A stretch of 26,705 nucleotides of DNA from a virus (lineage: Duplodnaviria; Caudoviricetes): the IMG/VR virus record IMGVR_UViG_3300014656_000110, positions 1 to 26,705 of that record. The stretch is one strand, 5' to 3'. The notes under the pieces were generated by a model. It had not been told where the DNA came from. It worked only from the letters and a program-made list of their open reading frames with translations, and did no database searches. The position numbers and the translations under genes were made by a program. Shown piece by piece: positions 25,484 through 26,705 of this stretch; the stretch's first letter is position 1; every line of letters starts with the position of its first letter.

Positions 25484-26387
25484 AAATGTTGCTCTCATAT
25501 ACCTTGATGAAGTAGAACTCAAATCCACCGGCCCCAACACTTTCAATGATAAAAAGAGGGTAATCAAAGAACTCCTCTCGCATTGGATGGCAGATAAAAC
25601 CCTCCCCATAAAAAAAGATGACATTGATCCATACCTTAAAGAAGTTTTTCTTTGCCCAGGCAAAGGCGGGAAAACCGCAAACCGCCGTTTAAGAGAACTA
25701 AAAACTCTTTTTAATTGGATGATCAAAAACAAAAAATATAATATTACCGAAAACCCCTGCAAACACATCTCGAATTTTCCTGCTAAATCCTTCAAAAAAT
25801 ACGTTCCTCCAAGAGAAGATATTTTTTCCATAATGGGAATTGGCAATCCGATGGAACAGGATCTCACCACTTTTATGTATCATACCCTTGCCAGATCCGG
25901 TGAAGTTAGACGACTAAAAAAAGAGCATTGCCATTTTCAGATCGGGATGGTGACCCTTTATACCAGGAAACGAAAAGATGGGGCTTTGGAAGGGGACAAT
26001 ATTCCATTGAATAAAGTTTCCTCAGAAATTTTGAGGCGCCGGTGTGACACCGTTGATGACGAATATATTTTCCCAGGGGTATATGGTGGTAAGATGCCCA
26101 GGCCAACTATGGATAAAATGATGCCTCGATTATGCAAACAGGTAAACGATTTGATCATAGCAAGCAACAGAAGAGAAAAAAATGAAAAAGATTATTTGCC
26201 GGCCATGAAAAATTTTTCATTTCATGCTATAAGGCATTACGTCACCTCATATTTATATATGGAATGTGGATACATGGTGGGAGAATTACAACGATTATTA
26301 AGGCACAAAAATGCCACAACCACAGATGGTTATTTGAAGTCAATTTGCGATATGGAATTTACCAGAGGACTTGAAATTTTAACATGA
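25233..26387 (+). CDS. int: Tyrosine recombinase / phage integrase
   Basis: ARSGE (Arg), KRK (Lys), FHAIRH (HxxR), LRH...TTDGY (His, Tyr); NRRLRELKTLFNW and NPC in the core-binding domain. Confidence 0.95.
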   Translation: MPYYNKRLDSWTGQVKKTFTVENSNFLKGQKNWTQKKNDEEKWLFKKEKNYFEDARAATVWESDELEEVLIFLNNPLSNSWTFKNVALIYLDEVELKSTGPNTFNDKKRVIKELLSHWMADKTLPIKKDDIDPYLKEVFLCPGKGGKTANRRLRELKTLFNWMIKNKKYNITENPCKHISNFPAKSFKKYVPPREDIFSIMGIGNPMEQDLTTFMYHTLARSGEVRRLKKEHCHFQIGMVTLYTRKRKDGALEGDNIPLNKVSSEILRRRCDTVDDEYIFPGVYGGKMPRPTMDKMMPRLCKQVNDLIIASNRREKNEKDYLPAMKNFSFHAIRHYVTSYLYMECGYMVGELQRLLRHKNATTTDGYLKSICDMEFTRGLEILT

Positions 26388-26477
26388 AAAACAGACAAAA
26401 AAGCTTACGGTCATTTACGGCCCGTTTTACGGCCCGTCTGTTTTTTGGAAACCATTTTACGGCCTTCTTTACGGCCC
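26387..26477 (+). repeat. Five TTACGG(CC) direct repeats plus a 10-bp inverted repeat; probable Int arm-type or Xis sites
   Basis: TTACGG at 26405, 26415, 26427, 26457 and 26469; AAAAACAGAC (26387-26396) / GTCTGTTTTT (26436-26445). Confidence 0.75.
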
Positions 26478-26582
26478 ATAAAATATTTGTTCAGAGCCGG
26501 ATGGATCAATTGGGATCAACCAAGAATAGCATCAATAAAGGGGAATAGCTGGTTTTAGTGTGATTTGCGGAGTTTCCAAAAG

Positions 26583-26644
<62 letters not shown>

Positions 26645-26705
26645 CACAGCAATTAGCGGACATCCATGTCATATCAAGTATTAGCATTAAAATATCGGCC
26701 CCAAA

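Noticed and set aside
393-26167. Numerous minus-strand and alternate-frame ORFs in the track (e.g. 2363..2884, 6906..7433, 13349..13966, 24708..25172, 25382..25870)
   Set aside because: They shadow well-supported plus-strand genes and show no recognisable motifs.
26405-26477. CRISPR array or replication iterons
   Set aside because: Repeats are only 6-9 bp with 10-30 nt spacing and lie between int and the att core.

Overview
The window is the right-hand end of a large phage-like mobile element, probably a prophage or its excised form. No capsid, tail or conjugation genes fall inside it, so the element class is inferred. Almost all genes are on the + strand. In order: a partial WGR-like protein; a MoxR/CobS-like AAA+ ATPase with a CobT-like vWA partner; a replication/recombination block (DnaE-type polymerase fused to a family-4 UDG-like domain, UvsY-like protein, gp32-like SSB, 5'-3' exonuclease, RecA/UvsX, Mre11/SbcD, Rad50/SbcC, RuvC-like resolvase); nucleotide supply genes (ThyX, class II RNR, NUDIX, dNMP-kinase-like); then excisionase and tyrosine integrase, arm-type repeats and the 3' part of a tRNA-Ser(GGA) as att core. 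The most notable signals are: (1) a DnaE-UDG fusion with no visible OB/clamp-binding tail; (2) a short basic/aromatic peptide tag shared by the termini of three unrelated proteins, possibly linked to the AAA+/vWA machine; (3) a seven-copy near-palindromic motif ACAGTAAATAWTTAC upstream of genes; (4) a shared 4-Cys CFG module resembling an Fe-S loop; (5) a lone 59-aa minus-strand gene missed by the ORF track. All assignments come from motif recognition by eye; no searches were run.
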